Below, in pieces: positions 1-12,338 of a stretch of 64,000 bases of DNA; position 1 is the stretch's first letter; every line of letters starts with the position of its first letter. Source of the stretch: Eledone cirrhosa (Eukaryota); NCBI GenBank assembly GCA_964016885.1, contig CAXHJY010000210.1:149649-213648 (forward strand). The letters run 5' to 3'. The translations under genes were made by a program, and so were the position numbers. The notes below the pieces were generated by a model. The model was not told the DNA's origin. It did not search any database and saw nothing but the letters and a program-made list of their open reading frames with translations.

Positions 1-59
1 GTAAAGGTTTTAAGGAGTAAATTAAAATTAAAATTAATAAGTGTAATAACCATAATATA

Positions 60-946
60 TTTCTAGTTCTATTCTTTTGATTTTCGAGTTAGTGCAAGGT
101 TTCCTATTATAATTATAGTTATGGTTAATTGGCACATCCTTATTATCAATATATTTAATTTCATTATTATAGCCTGCTCTACTTAAAGCTTCGTTATAAT
201 ATTGTGCCTTATCTTCAAATGTATTTTTATTCGCTGAAATTCTAGAAATACGTTGCTGCACAGAATTTACAATAGTGTTTTTAACGGATCTCGGGTGATT
301 GGAATTACAGTTAACATAGTTTAAATATGAAAAGGATAATAAAGACCAGTGTTAAGGTTTAAAGTTACATCTAAAAAGTTAACTATTTTATAATTATTCT
401 CTACTTCTACTTTAAGATTAAAGTTATTAAAAAGTTGTATAATTTCTTTTCTTTTCCTATTTATTTCGCAATTATTATTATTTTCAATAAGCAATCGTCA
501 CGATATAAACCACCGGTCATCTCTGGTAATTTCCTATGTAAAGTATTGTTAATAAAAAGCTCCACAAGATCCGTTAATTGCGTCGAGTCCGATGACCCCA
601 TAGTGATATCGAAATTGTTATCCCTATCTGCTCTAGTCCAAAGGTGGTTGCTAAATTTAATTAAGGTTTTACGTGCAGTTAAGATGATGTGCATTTCATT
701 GCTAGATAAATCAGTATATTTAAATGCATATGTAAGGGCTTTATTAAGTAAATTAGGAGTGATAGATGAGTAATAATTAGCAATATCCAATTGAATGAAT
801 GTATTGTTATGCTTATATTTAATGTCTTTAAACCAGTCAATAACTTCATTAGTCCCGTTCCATAATTTTAAATAAGATATTTCTTTAAGTTGCGGTATGA
901 TTCTATCTAAGATATTTTTGCTAACTATGCCAAGGTCCGATTTAGA
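60..946 (-). mobile_element. Penelope-like element, degraded RT fragment
   Basis: ORF 461-790 has (L)DIANYYSSI, FDITMGSSDSTQLTDLV and GGLYRDD (PLE RT motifs). ORF 34-261 (QRISRISANKNTF...YNEALSRAGY) is thumb-like. Frameshifts lie between them. Confidence 0.85.
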
Positions 947-1509
947 TGTCTAACTGGTAATTCAACTGTTAAAACATTTTTAAGCTTGTTGAATCCCAAC
1001 AAATTAAATATAACCTCTGCATATATATATATTATAATAATAATAAACAAAAGACAGGACCTTTAGTCCATCCCTATTTATTTTATTATACTCATTTCGA
1101 AGATATATATATATATTAATATATATTGGTACCTCATACAATAATTAATAAACATTACTAAATGACCTATACTAGCACTCAATACTACTGGGTGATTCTC
1201 ATAGAAAGTGTTTCTTCGCACGGTATAGGTAACAGACTGTTTACATTACAAGAGAACGAAGTTTCAATTTAAAATACTTCGTCCTCTCTTATATTATCAA
1301 ACTAACCAAAAACACACATCTATTTGTATATACACTACAATTTATGTACATGTTATGTTTATCGCATATCGAAGTTTTCTAACCATCTTAGAGTGCAAAG
1401 AGCGAAGCTTATCACTACGACTAAATTGACCAAATTTGGCACCCACCACCACCCAGCCCCTGATTATATATGACAAAATCAAACAAAAATCTTTTTTATT
1501 TTCATTGGG

Positions 1510-1870
1510 TGTTATGGAAGTGATGATAGCTGTAATGGTAGTGGTAGTTGCAATGGGTGATTAGATAGTGACGACAGTGATGGTGGTGTACAAAGGTGAT
1601 GGTGGCGGTGATGATAGTGATGTAGACGTGGTGATAATGATAACAGAACTATGGTGGTCTCGAGGTTATAGGAGCTCAGGAACAGCCGTAACAATAGCAA
1701 TAAAATAATAATGTACTTGTTTTGATGGTGGATGTTGATATTGTTGATGATGTTGAAGTAAGAACAGCAGCAGTAACAACAATAGAATTCGAGGGAGGGA
1801 GAGAGAGAGGTGGTGCTGTAACACTATCTTTTTAAGATGCGGGAGAAGATTATTGTCAGCAGCAGTACCA
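1510..1870. repeat. Low-complexity (GAT/GGT/AAT/CAG)n trinucleotide region
   Basis: Degenerate triplet repeats visible directly. Confidence 0.7.
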
Positions 1871-1877
1871 AGAATAA

Positions 1878-2272
1878 GGATTGTTTCTACTTTTGGCACA
1901 AGGCCAGCAATCTAAAGAGAATGGGGAAAGTCGACTCCAGTGCATTACTGGTACTTAATTTTATTAACCAAGCTCACCTCGGCGGGAATTGAATTCAGGA
2001 CGTAAAGAAAGAATAATGGTTTCTACTTTAGGCACAAGGCCAACAATTTTTTTGGAGAAGCGAAAGTCGATTAAATCAACCCAGTACGGTCCTTTATTTT
2101 ATCGACCCCGTAAGGATGAAAGGTAAAGCTCACCTCGGCGGGAATTGAATTCAGAACGTAAAGGAAAAATAAATTGACCTTTGTGATACCGGTACTTTAT
2201 TTTCTCGACCGTGTAAGGTGAAGGCAAAGCTAACATTGGCGGGATTTGAACTCAGAACGTAAAGGAACGATA
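1878..2272 (-). mobile_element. Cluster of 3 partial tRNA-derived SINE copies (Meta-domain-like family)
   Basis: Repeated ttgtttctac...ggcacaaggcc...tttattttatcgaccccgtaaggatgaaagg...ggcggga(a/t)ttgaa(t/c)tcag, the reverse complement of the full copy at 27783-27972. Confidence 0.85.
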
Positions 2273-2699
2273 ATAATAATTTGTATATCTAGGACAATAT
2301 ATATTAAATTGGTCACTAAACAGCTGAAGTATTAAGTAAACTGTATTATAAATTCATATCTGTTCAATCGGGTACAGATTTTTTTACCGAATCTGCGAGA
2401 AATTTGTATGTAAACACACAAAATAGAAAATATATTTTAAGCATGTAAACATGACTTATACAATATATCCCACACCACAACCGACACTTCCTTTATTTTT
2501 TAAGGCTGCGATTCGAAGGAAATATGGCAACTTTCTAACACGGGTTAGCCGACCACGTGGTGGCTTTCTTGTGACTGTTGTTATTTAGCCCGTGACGCAT
2601 CATTCACAATCAATAGCCTTAGGTTGACCCATGCTTTGTGAGTGAAACTTGGTGGACGGTAACTGTCTGGAAGTCTGTACGCGCAATTCAAAGGGTTAA

Positions 2700-3000
2700 C
2701 TATGTATTTCAGTGCCGCACTGTATCTTCTTGACAATTTACGTTAAGGATACACGTGTCTGTGGAATATTCAGCTACTTTTACGGTAATTCAATTCAAAA
2801 GGCCAGTCTTGCCATACACGGTGTTTCCCTGAATCATTCTGAGAATTACACTAAGAGGGGTACACGTGTTTGTGCAATACACAGTCACTTATTATATAAG
2901 ATGTAATTCAAACACACGCACATATACTGCCACGTTGAATCTCCCTGAGAGTTACATTAAACGTACAGTGGAGTACTCAGCTACATATACTATAAATCAA
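2700..3000. repeat. Degenerate tandem minisatellite-like segment
   Basis: Recurring ttac..taag...tacacgtgt.tgtg.a.ta.tcag..actt units. Confidence 0.5.
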
Positions 3001-3105
3001 GACAGACTTGTAATTCCTGTTATTTAGCCCCAAGTCAATCCTGACTATGGAGACCTATATGATTAAAGGCATTCCGTCATTTAAGATAGCATTATTCAAT
3101 ATTTT

Positions 3106-3241
3106 GAGTTACGACCCTTGCCATTCTGAGTTCAAATCCCGCCGAAGTTAACTTTGCCTTTCATCCTTACGGGGTCGATAAAATATAGTACCAGTAATAC
3201 ACTGAGTAATTGTTGGCCTTGTGCCAAAAGTAGAAACAATT
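3106..3241 (+). mobile_element. 5'-truncated Meta-domain-like SINE
   Basis: gagttcaaatccc B-box, then ctttgcctttcatccttacggggtcgataaaat and ggccttgtgccaaaagtagaaacaat. Confidence 0.9.
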
Positions 3242-3595
3242 GGTGATGGTTCAACTTGAGGGAGATATCACTGCTACTTCTAGCATATCGAGTGACCAAC
3301 CATGTCGTATCTGTCAGATTGTTTGTAGTCAACATTGAATGGTAGTAGTAATTGCAGTAACGCCAAGAAACAAGGATGCACATTTCTGAATGTATAATTT
3401 TTTGTAACACGCTGTCCCCCTCCCCTCGTCCTCTTACTCCCCATCCCCCCGCTTTCGTTCTCTTATCTCCTCCACTCCTCATAGACAGCAGATATTTAAC
3501 TCACTTTCTCAATTCGGCCAGGCATTATACCTTAATATAAGCAGGTCATAATTCGTTGTTGTAGCACATTGTTATATATATAACAATGGTTTACA

Positions 3596-3626
<31 letters not shown>

Positions 3627-3658
3627 TCACTATATTCACACACACATATACATACATA

Positions 3659-4142
3659 CTAGCCGAATTACCCGCGCCTTGCTGCGTTCACACATTTTTG
3701 GGGGTAAGAAAATGATGATTGATTTTAAATCAGTGATATAATTTATGGAGAAAAACTCAGCATTTCAATATTACTCAATATAAAATGTAATGCATGAAAA
3801 ATTGGAAAACATTATTTTTTGTAATATATCAAATCAAAATTACATTATTAAATCTTATTCTTATTTTGTGTCTTGTAAATAATTTTTTTCAAAATATCAA
3901 TTCAAAACTTTTGTGAATAGGCATTTACCTATGGTTTAAATTTCATATAAATCGAAGGGAAAACATTTTCAGCGGGGGTTTGTGACCCGGGGAACCCTTT
4001 GATTAAAATGAAATATATTTATCCAAGTACCCTGGGCAATGTAGTTTCAGAATATATATGGTTATGGGGGTCTATCTCCAAAACCATAGGAGTTCCTGAA
4101 CAAACAAACAAAGAGGCAGGAATACAACTTTATATATATAGA
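3659..4142 (-). mobile_element. Non-autonomous Helitron-like element
   Basis: On the minus strand it starts TCTATATATATAAA and ends with a GC-rich subterminal segment and CTAG. It is inserted at A^T with no TSD. Confidence 0.7.
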
Positions 4143-4173
4143 TATATATATGTGTATATATAAATATGTGTGT

Positions 4174-4212
<39 letters not shown>

Positions 4213-4336
4213 TGCTGAGACAGGAGAGACCACTAATCATGGAAGTACTCAATGCATGAGGAGATGCAGAGTCAGTATAGAGGTAAGTAAAATTCCGACC
4301 GCGGCGCCAACCATTTTCGGTATCTCTCTCTCTCTC

Positions 4337-6260
4337 CTGACTTCAGCATTTCAGCAGAAATGCCATCCATACCTGGTGACTTGTTATTCTTAAGGGTTTT
4401 GATGGCCATGCGGACTTCCTTCTCGGTGAAGTCATCAGTATTGATAGGCAACAAACTAGTAGGTTCCTTAGGGTCTGCTGGCACACGTGGCTCCTGTCGG
4501 TTGTCCTTGAAATGTTCAGCCCATCTGACTAACTTTTCTTCACCCTTGGAAAGCAGCGTACCATCTTTCGCTTTCACCGGGCCTGAGTTAGCTCTAGAGC
4601 TGCCGGTGATTTTCTTGGCAATTTGGTAGACAGAGCGCATGTCATTGCGTGCCGCAGCTGCTTCCGCCTCCTCAAGCCACATTCGTTTGTCCTTTTGGGC
4701 GCTGCGTTTCACCTCCTTGTCCTTGTCAATATACTGCTGATATACCTTGATGGCCTCTGGGGTAGTGGCATGCCTCTGCTGGTGTAGGGCTTTCCTTTCA
4801 TTAATCAGCTGCCAGGTGTTGTCGCTGACCCAAGCTTCTCTGAGGGACTTCCTGTAGCCCAGGATTTCTTCCCCTGCAGCTTCCATGGTCTCCTTTATTT
4901 CCTCCCATCAATTGACCGAGCCTGGTGCAGACTCCTCAAGGACAGCAAATATGTTCCTCAAAGCAGCCTCGAACTGTGCTTCTGTGTCACCGTTCTTCAG
5001 CTTGGTAGTGTCAAAACGCCTTGTAGTGAGTGCTCTCTTCGTCTGCTTCCTAAGTCTGATTTTAAGTTTGGTAACAGACAGATAGTGGTCACTGCAGACA
5101 TCTGCGCCTCGGTAGACTCGGACGTCCTGCAGGCAAGGAGCTCTCCAACTTGGGCCAATCGCAATGTGATCTATTTGCGACTTGGTCCTGTGGTCGTTCG
5201 AAGCCCATGTGACCTTGTGGATGTTCTTGTGGTCAAATAGTGACGAGCCGATTTTCATATTGTTCATGGCACAGAACTGGACAAACCTGTCCCCGTTGTC
5301 CGTGCGGTTTCCATAAGCATGGGGGCCAAGGACATGTTCAAAGCCAACTCTGCTTCCCCCGATCTGTGCGTTCATGTCTCCCATGATGATCAGGATGTCA
5401 TGACGTGGGGTTTTGTTTACAACATCTTGTAGTTGCTGGTAGAAAGCGTCCTTGTCATCATCGTTATGTTCGTTGGTTGGAGCATAGCACTGAGCTATGG
5501 TGACCTTTGCATGTGATGTGGTGTATCTTGCTGTCATTAGGCGTTCGTTGATAGGAGTCCACTCCTCAAGGGCACCACTGGCAGCCCTGTCAATGATGAT
5601 TGCAACTCCATCTCGGTGAGTCCCGTTCTGACGGCCTGAGAACAGGATGGTCTTGTTTTCATGGACAAACTTCCCAGAGTCAGTCCAGCGGACCTTGATG
5701 AGGCCCAGGATGTTAATTTTGTAGGCCTCCATTTGCGCAAGTTTGGATGGTTGGTACATAGTTCTTATGTTCCAATATCCAATACGTGTGGTTGTTTTTG
5801 CAGACAGAGTTCTGGTTCTCAGGATGTCGGCTTCCTCATTGAGACTTTCGCCGACACCCGTCATACAATCTCCGGTTAGAGACAACCGTTCTCCTGACTG
5901 CTTGGAATTTAAATCTGATGCACTATGAATTGTTTTCGTAGCAGGAGAGTTTTTCCGGGAATAGGTCGCTAACCTGAAGCCCAACCACTGACATTTAGTA
6001 AAGAGACAGTAAGTGGAGTAGTCTCTGGTAGAACTGCAAACCGATGGGTTACAGGTGTTATATCAGAGTTTTCCTTCTCCTAGAATTCTGCCTTGACAAA
6101 GGCTAAGGGGTCATCTCTCCCAGTGATTTTGGATGGCCATTGACTCTTAAGAGCTCCTTTGCCCTTTGACAGGTTTTGTTTTTAGTCCTGCAGGATGTCC
6201 AAAGTCACCCTCCTCACCAAGAAACCTTGGTGGGGTTGCTAGTTTAGCCGCCAACGACCC
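4337..6260 (-). mobile_element. RTE-clade LINE, inverted 5' half (5'UTR + APE endonuclease + linker)
   Basis: ORF 4908-5984 has IGYWNIRT, QCYAPT, IMGDMNA, SQIDHI and SDH (APE). ORF 4272-4886 ends KNNKSPGMDGISAEMLKSG at a (CT)n junction. The UTR carries the RTE motif ctaggagaaggaaaactctga. Confidence 0.92.
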
Positions 6261-7620
6261 GGGTGAAGTCCCAGAAGATTGGAGAAACGGAGCGGTTGTC
6301 TGTATCCCCAAGAAGGGCAACCTTGCCGATTGTGACAACTGGAGGGGAGTGACACTTCTCTCATACCAGGGAAGGTCTATTGTCTGATGATCCTGAACCG
6401 CATACGTGGCATGGTAGACCGGGAACTGCGAGAACAACAGGCAGGGTTCCGACCAAAACGTTCTGTGCAGAGCAGATCTTTACGTTACGCCGCATCATTG
6501 AGAGGTACAACGAATTCCAGAGGCCCCTCGCCGTCAGCTTCATCGATTTCTCCAAAGCATTCGATAGCATTCATCGACCGTCGCTCTGGAGCATCATACA
6601 TGAGTGTGGTCTGCCCCAGAAAGTCATTTCGGCAATCAAACAGATTTATGCAAACTCCAAGTGCTGCATACGGACAGAGGATGGTTACAGTGACTGGTTT
6701 GAGGTGGTTACTGGCGTGCGTCAAGGTTGCTCGCTCTCTCCAATTCTCTTTGCCATAGCCATTGACTGGGTACTAAGAAGAGCGTCTAAAGACCAGGGTA
6801 TATCTTGGGTGGGAGAGCAAAAGTTGTCTGACCTGGACTTTGCGGACGATATTGCTGCACTTGCAGAGAGCACAGCTGGCCTGCAAATCATTATGAACAA
6901 TATCAATGTCGAAGCAAGAAGCTTAGGTCTCAATATCAGTGCTAAGAAGACCAAAAGCATGTTATCTGGGACACACCCATCACCAACTAGTGTTTTCATT
7001 GAACAGGGGGAGGTGGAGATAGTGGACAACTTCACCTACCTAGGAAGCTCCATTGACAATGGGGGCACCGTGGACAGTGAATTGCAATGTAGAATGGGAA
7101 AGGCTTCAGCAGCATTTAACCAGCTTGGCAAGATCTGGAAGAACAGGAAGTTCACCCTCAAAACAAAGATGAGATTCTACAAGAGCAACGTGCTGTCCAT
7201 ACTCTTGTACGGAAGTGAAACATGGCACCTTAAGACCAGCCAAGAGAAGAAGTTGGACGCATTCGATTCCAGGTGTCTGCGAAAGATCCAGGGGATTAAA
7301 TGGAGTGTCCATGTAACAAACCAGGAAGTTAGGAACCGCACCAACCAGTAGCTAGTCTCTTCTGCCATCTGCAAGCGACGCCTGGGCTGGTTTGGACACG
7401 CTTTGAGACTTCCCCCGGAGAGACTGGCGAACCAAGTACTTACATGGAGCCCACAGGGAAGCAGACGGAGAGGGCGACCCAAAATGAACTGGCGCCAGCC
7501 AGTTGAGAGGGACCTGCGAGCGACAAACAGACAATAGCGGGACGCTGTGCAACTGGCTGCTGACCGAACGCGGTGGAACACAATGATTGCCTCATGCGTC
7601 GCAAGACGCGGGAGCTTCTC
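6261..7620 (+). mobile_element. RTE-clade LINE, 3' half (reverse transcriptase, frameshifted)
   Basis: GEVPEDWRNGAVVCIPKKG...NWRGVTLLS, QAGFR, FIDFSKAFDS, GVRQGCSLSP, DFADD, FTYLGS, LYGSETW and GRP motifs. Confidence 0.95.
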
Positions 7621-7903
7621 TCTCTTGTGAGAGAGAGAGGGACAGCATTGAAAGCACATTGCTATTGTAAAATCGCATCTTGGTTTCCAGATCTTGTTGA
7701 ATAAATTATATGTGCATGCAGAAAAATAATTGTTTTCAAAGTAAAAGATGTTATTGCATTTTATGAGACTTTTCGACTATGTATATCTGAGTGTGTATGT
7801 ACGTGCGTACGTATGTATATAGACAAACACACACACATATATATATATGTGTATATGATGGCTGTCCCCTCGTTATCGAGTATGGCCATTGCACGATATA
7901 CCA

Positions 7904-8750
7904 TCTATATATAGATAAAACTGAGGATGTCTATATGTGTGTGTGAGTTTGAATCCCTAAAACTCGAGAACCACCCAACCGACTGTTTTCAAACTTTACA
8001 CATGTAATACTTATGTTTCAGGGAGTGTCCTGTGCAAACATTTTCAATGCCCTAGGGACCACATTAGGCGATTTAGCGATCTCTCTCTATAATTCTTAGT
8101 CGTTCTCTTTCTAGATAGATACAGATATTATAAGGGCGCGACGTTATATGTATGTATGTCTGCATTACGTCACTTCTCTGAGGATGTCTGTGAGTTTGAA
8201 TCCCTAAAACTCGAGAAGTACCCAACCGATTTTTTTCAAACTTTAATGTGTATTACTTTTTGATCTCCTAGGGCCCACATTAGGTGAAAAACTGCGTTTT
8301 TTAAGCTTTTTATGGTTTTTTTTTTAGGCGTTACGTCAGACCGATTTCCTTGAAATTGTAACTATGTATTAGTCAGTCTCTTCTTCATACCGGGAGCAAA
8401 GAAAAATCCAACTTTTTTATGGCCTAGGGCCCGCATTAGGTGAAAAATTTCATTTTTTTCAGCTTTTTAGGGCTTTTTGGAGGCGTTACGTCTAGCCGAT
8501 TTTCCCGAAATTTCAAGGCATATTATGCACATAAAAAAATTCATTTTCTTGATCCCCTATGGCCTGCATTAGGTGAAAACCTGCATTTTTCCTGCTTCAT
8601 CAAGGAAAATCTTAAAGATTATCCAGCCATCAGAGTATTCGGTTTATTTTATTTTCATATTGTCCAGGCATGCAGTTTTTCCACGATTAGGTCTGTTGGC
8701 GGCCCGCCTTCCAAAATACCTTATCCCGTGCAACGCCGGGTACGTTATTA
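7904..8750 (+). mobile_element. Non-autonomous Helitron-like element
   Basis: Starts A^TCTATATATAGATAAAA. It has internal duplications (ctgaggatgtct...aaactcgagaa at ~7921 and ~8178) and a terminal hairpin cccgtgcaacgccggg. The terminal CTAG is degenerate. Confidence 0.7.
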
Positions 8751-8764
8751 ATAATTATTAATTA

Positions 8765-9070
8765 ATTCTATCGTGCAATGCCTGTGCGTGAAGATATTTT
8801 TTTTAAGTGAGGAAAGACTGTGCACTGAGCCAACCCCACTCTCTGAGCGACAGTAGCTGTAACTCGAAAAGAAGAAAAGATGAACATCATCGGTAACTAC
8901 TGAGCCGCAGGTTTTATATCGGAGTTATCCCAGTTACCTTCTCCTAGAAGAATGCCCTGACAAAGGCTAGGGGCCGTTCACTCCCAGTGGCTTAACAACG
9001 TAGTACATGTATATATACATATTTACACTTTTGGATGGCCGTTGACTCTTATGAGTTCTTCCGCCCTTTG
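8765..9070 (-). mobile_element. Non-autonomous RTE-5'UTR-derived element (continues at ~7853-7903)
   Basis: 8916-9070 aligns with RTE UTR 6060-6168 (ccttctcctagaa, tgacaaaggcta, ttttggatggcc.ttgactctta, gccctttg). Confidence 0.75.
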
Positions 9071-9078
9071 TATATATG

Positions 9079-9129
<51 letters not shown>

Positions 9130-9343
9130 CCGGCCCCCTGTATTATGAAAAGTAATTTTTTTCTAAATTTAAAGGTTTTTATAATATTTAATTGTTTTAC
9201 TCAATAATGAATTCCGTTCCCGCACCACCAACAAGATTCAACATCAAAGACGGATGAGTTGCATAACGTCGAGTGCTTTTCCTACTAGTACATCATGATT
9301 AACTGTACAGAATAGCAGTTATGTCCAGTGGTGAATCACCAAA

Positions 9344-9413
<70 letters not shown>

Positions 9414-9416
<3 letters not shown>

Positions 9417-9795
9417 TATTTTGCAATACACTGTATGCTTAATTAAAAGCATTTTGAAGACCTTACGCTATTGTTTTAGAGTAGTGACAGTCTCACCTAC
9501 TTTAAATTTTCAGCAATTCTAATTTTCAATTTCTGCTTGACTGGCAACCGCTCTGTATAATCAGTTTCTGATTATTACTAGAATTCTATAAGAATCAAAC
9601 ATTCATGATTTTCAGCAGACAGGTGGAGTACTTAGCTTTGATAAGTACCAAATAGTACGAAACAGAGCTCTGTCAGCTTTATCTCCCCCTGTTTGCTGAA
9701 AATTTAAAGTAAGTGAGACTGTCACTACTCTAAAACAATAGCGTAAGGTCTTCAAAATGCTTTTAATTAAGCATACAGTGTATTGCAAAATACAC
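9414..9795. mobile_element. Foldback MITE with ~103-bp terminal inverted repeats, inserted in (TA)n
   Basis: 9414-9516 is the near-perfect reverse complement of 9693-9795, with TA flanks. Confidence 0.88.
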
Positions 9796-9837
9796 TATAT
9801 ATACATTCATATATATATCGCTATTTCAGAGCACCAA

Positions 9838-9874
<37 letters not shown>

Positions 9875-10339
9875 GTTCTTTCGTTTAACGTAAGCAGTAA
9901 CCTCCGATTAATAATTTTATTTTTACACTCATTTAAATCAATTGAAATAATTTTCTTTACTATTTTCTTTAATCTTTATCAATCAATTTAATTTTAAACA
10001 TCTTTCAGAACTTAACTAAAGTTGTTTGATGTTTATGTCACTTCATTTCTTTGTGCAGCTAAGTGTTAGAACTGAGTTCATTATAAACTCTTCTTGCAAT
10101 TCTTATGTTAAGCTCACAATTAGAATAGCTTTCATTAAAAACTTGAAGAGCTTCCTCTATAAGTACCAACCCATTAGCAATTCAAGCATATTCAATTCAA
10201 GTGGAGGTGACGGAGCTTCTCGTCTTGTCCTGCGATTTGCTCTTCTTCTAACAGCATCAGCTCCTCATTAGACAAACTTTCTCTGCGGGACTATATAGTA
10301 ATACAACCCACAACCTCTACGACTTCTTAAAATTATATT

Positions 10340-10458
10340 TTACATTATATTTTTACTTTTATATGCATTTTTATGGACCACATCCAATATTCGCGGTCTT
10401 TTCACTCTTCGCGGGTGCTCTAGGAACATAACCCCCGGCGAATACCGGGGGATAACTG
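10340..10458 (-). mobile_element. pogo/Tigger-like MITE terminus
   Basis: Ends gcgaataccgggggataactg|TA, the same TIR family as 18464-18727 and 22193-22641. Confidence 0.7.
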
Positions 10459-11059
10459 TACTTTCCATGGTAAAGCCAAAAGTGGTAGCTATCAACAATA
10501 ATCCATAACAAATATGTAGTAAAATAGTACTATAGAAAAAACAGGACTTTTACGAGAACAATAACTATGGCCGTATGTACGGAAATGAAAAGATGAAAGG
10601 AGGTGGCGGAGTGAGGTTTGAAGAAGTACTGTATAGTAGTCACTGTTAGTTGTAGGGTTACCAGTTTGGATTTTCTTTTCTAAGCATAGTTCCTGAAATT
10701 TGGTTTTTACGTTTGTTTTAGTTTTTTCAAATCTGGTCAGAAACATACTCTTACAACTAATACAGACTAACAGCTCAGTACACACACACCCTTATATAAA
10801 TATATTTTTACTCATAGCTTCGTACTTACACACACACACACACTCATTTACTTACATATACACACACATATCCTCTTAGTTTCCTACAGACGTATAATAA
10901 CACACTTACACACACACACACACAAGTATAGCTCTATATACAAAACGTTTTTTTTTTCATTTCAGGTGGACGCGCTCCATCATCCACTTCTCTAAAAGTA
11001 AACAAATCATACACAAAACGCCGGCATCAAGTTTTCCAAGAGATGGCAACATGAATGGA

Positions 11060-11241
11060 CCTGTTATTTTCTCCAAAAGCATTTTTTCCAATTTCACCTT
11101 CAATCTATCTTATTTCTCGTTCTTTCTTCTGATGAAGGACTAGCGTCCGAAACGTTAAGACCCTCTTCCTGCTATTTCAAGCGTTAACCTAATATATTCC
11201 TCCCATATACTGTACCGATTGTGTTGTTATTTCTGTTTACC

Positions 11242-11245
<4 letters not shown>
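11060..11245 (+). mobile_element. Non-coding hammerhead-bearing repeat (solo PLE pLTR / retrozyme-like), copy 1
   Basis: Homologous to 21755-21955 (minus) and followed by (CA)n. Confidence 0.65.
11125..11161 (+). ncRNA. Minimal type I hammerhead ribozyme
   Basis: CTGATGA-A-GGAC(TAGC)GTCC-GAAACGTTA with palindromic stem III AACGTT. Stem I is weak. Confidence 0.75.
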
Positions 11246-11298
<53 letters not shown>

Positions 11299-11302
11299 CA
11301 TA

Positions 11303-11401
11303 CAGGACGTCCCAAAAAATGTATACAGATTTTGATTACTTGTACAGGCAATATTTATTAGAATGTTGTTGAAGTGTGTATACAGTTTTTGGGGACACCC
11401 A

Positions 11402-11402
<1 letters not shown>
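11303..11402. mobile_element. Tc1/mariner-type MITE (~100 bp)
   Basis: TA|caggacgtcccaaaaaatgtataca...tgtatacagtttttggggacacccag|TA, imperfect TIRs. Confidence 0.75.
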
Positions 11403-11437
<35 letters not shown>

Positions 11438-11502
11438 TATTTCAAAATTTAATTAGAAATCACCTAATTCCGGCTATCGGGGGCATCTTGAATTTTAATA
11501 AG

Positions 11503-11660
11503 CGTCATCATCATCATCTTCGATTAACGTCCATCTTCCACTCTAGCATGGGTTAGAGTTGCTCCACTTGAGGCAAGGTTGGTCGGTGACCGTGTCTCAC
11601 TCGCATAGGACTGTCTGGCAGGTTTTCTACGGCTGGATGCCCTTCCTAACACCAACCACA
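11503..11660 (-). mobile_element. SINE 3' fragment (Nin/Deu-domain-like)
   Basis: (CAT)n tail and cggctggatgcccttccta motif. Confidence 0.65.
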
Positions 11661-12180
11661 TTTACTTTGATATCTCAAGTTTCTCATATTAAGTCATATT
11701 GAAATTTGGTACCTAACACAATTTTGGTGTGTAGAATTCGAAAGTGTTATGAAAAATATCATAGGAATAACCATTTTTTAGTTATTTTGAAATAATTAAT
11801 AAGACAAGAAATTTGAAATCTTGAGAACTGACCGACTGATTTTGAAAATTACTCTTGATCCTCTAGTTCAATTGGGGTCAGTTGTATACTGAATAAAACG
11901 TATTTAGTTGTACTTTATTCCCTGCAAAAATTGTCTTGGGCTCTCTTAAGCTTCATTATATATTAGGTGTTAACCATTAAATAGTGATTGTAAATAAAAA
12001 TGAAATGTGTAAATCCGACTTTAATATATCATTAACCTATTCTTGTTTAATGCATCATTTCACCATCAAAATGTCCAATTATATCAAAATTACATTAGTT
12101 TTATGTTTAAATAGTCTAAATAACCTATTGCTTCAAGGTAAGATTATCTTGTGTTCAATATTGATACTTCAAATACAGTA

Positions 12181-12305
12181 ATAATTTTTTTCTACCTTTG
12201 GCACAAGGCCAGCAATTATCCCAGTGCATTACTGGTACTTTATTTTATCGACCCCGTGAGGATGAAAGGCAAAGTTAACCATGGCAGGATTTGAACTCAG
12301 ACCGT
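12181..12305 (-). mobile_element. Meta-domain-like SINE fragment
   Basis: Reverse complement of the family consensus. Confidence 0.88.
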
Positions 12306-12338
12306 ATACAAATACAGTAATAATGACACTAAAAAAAC

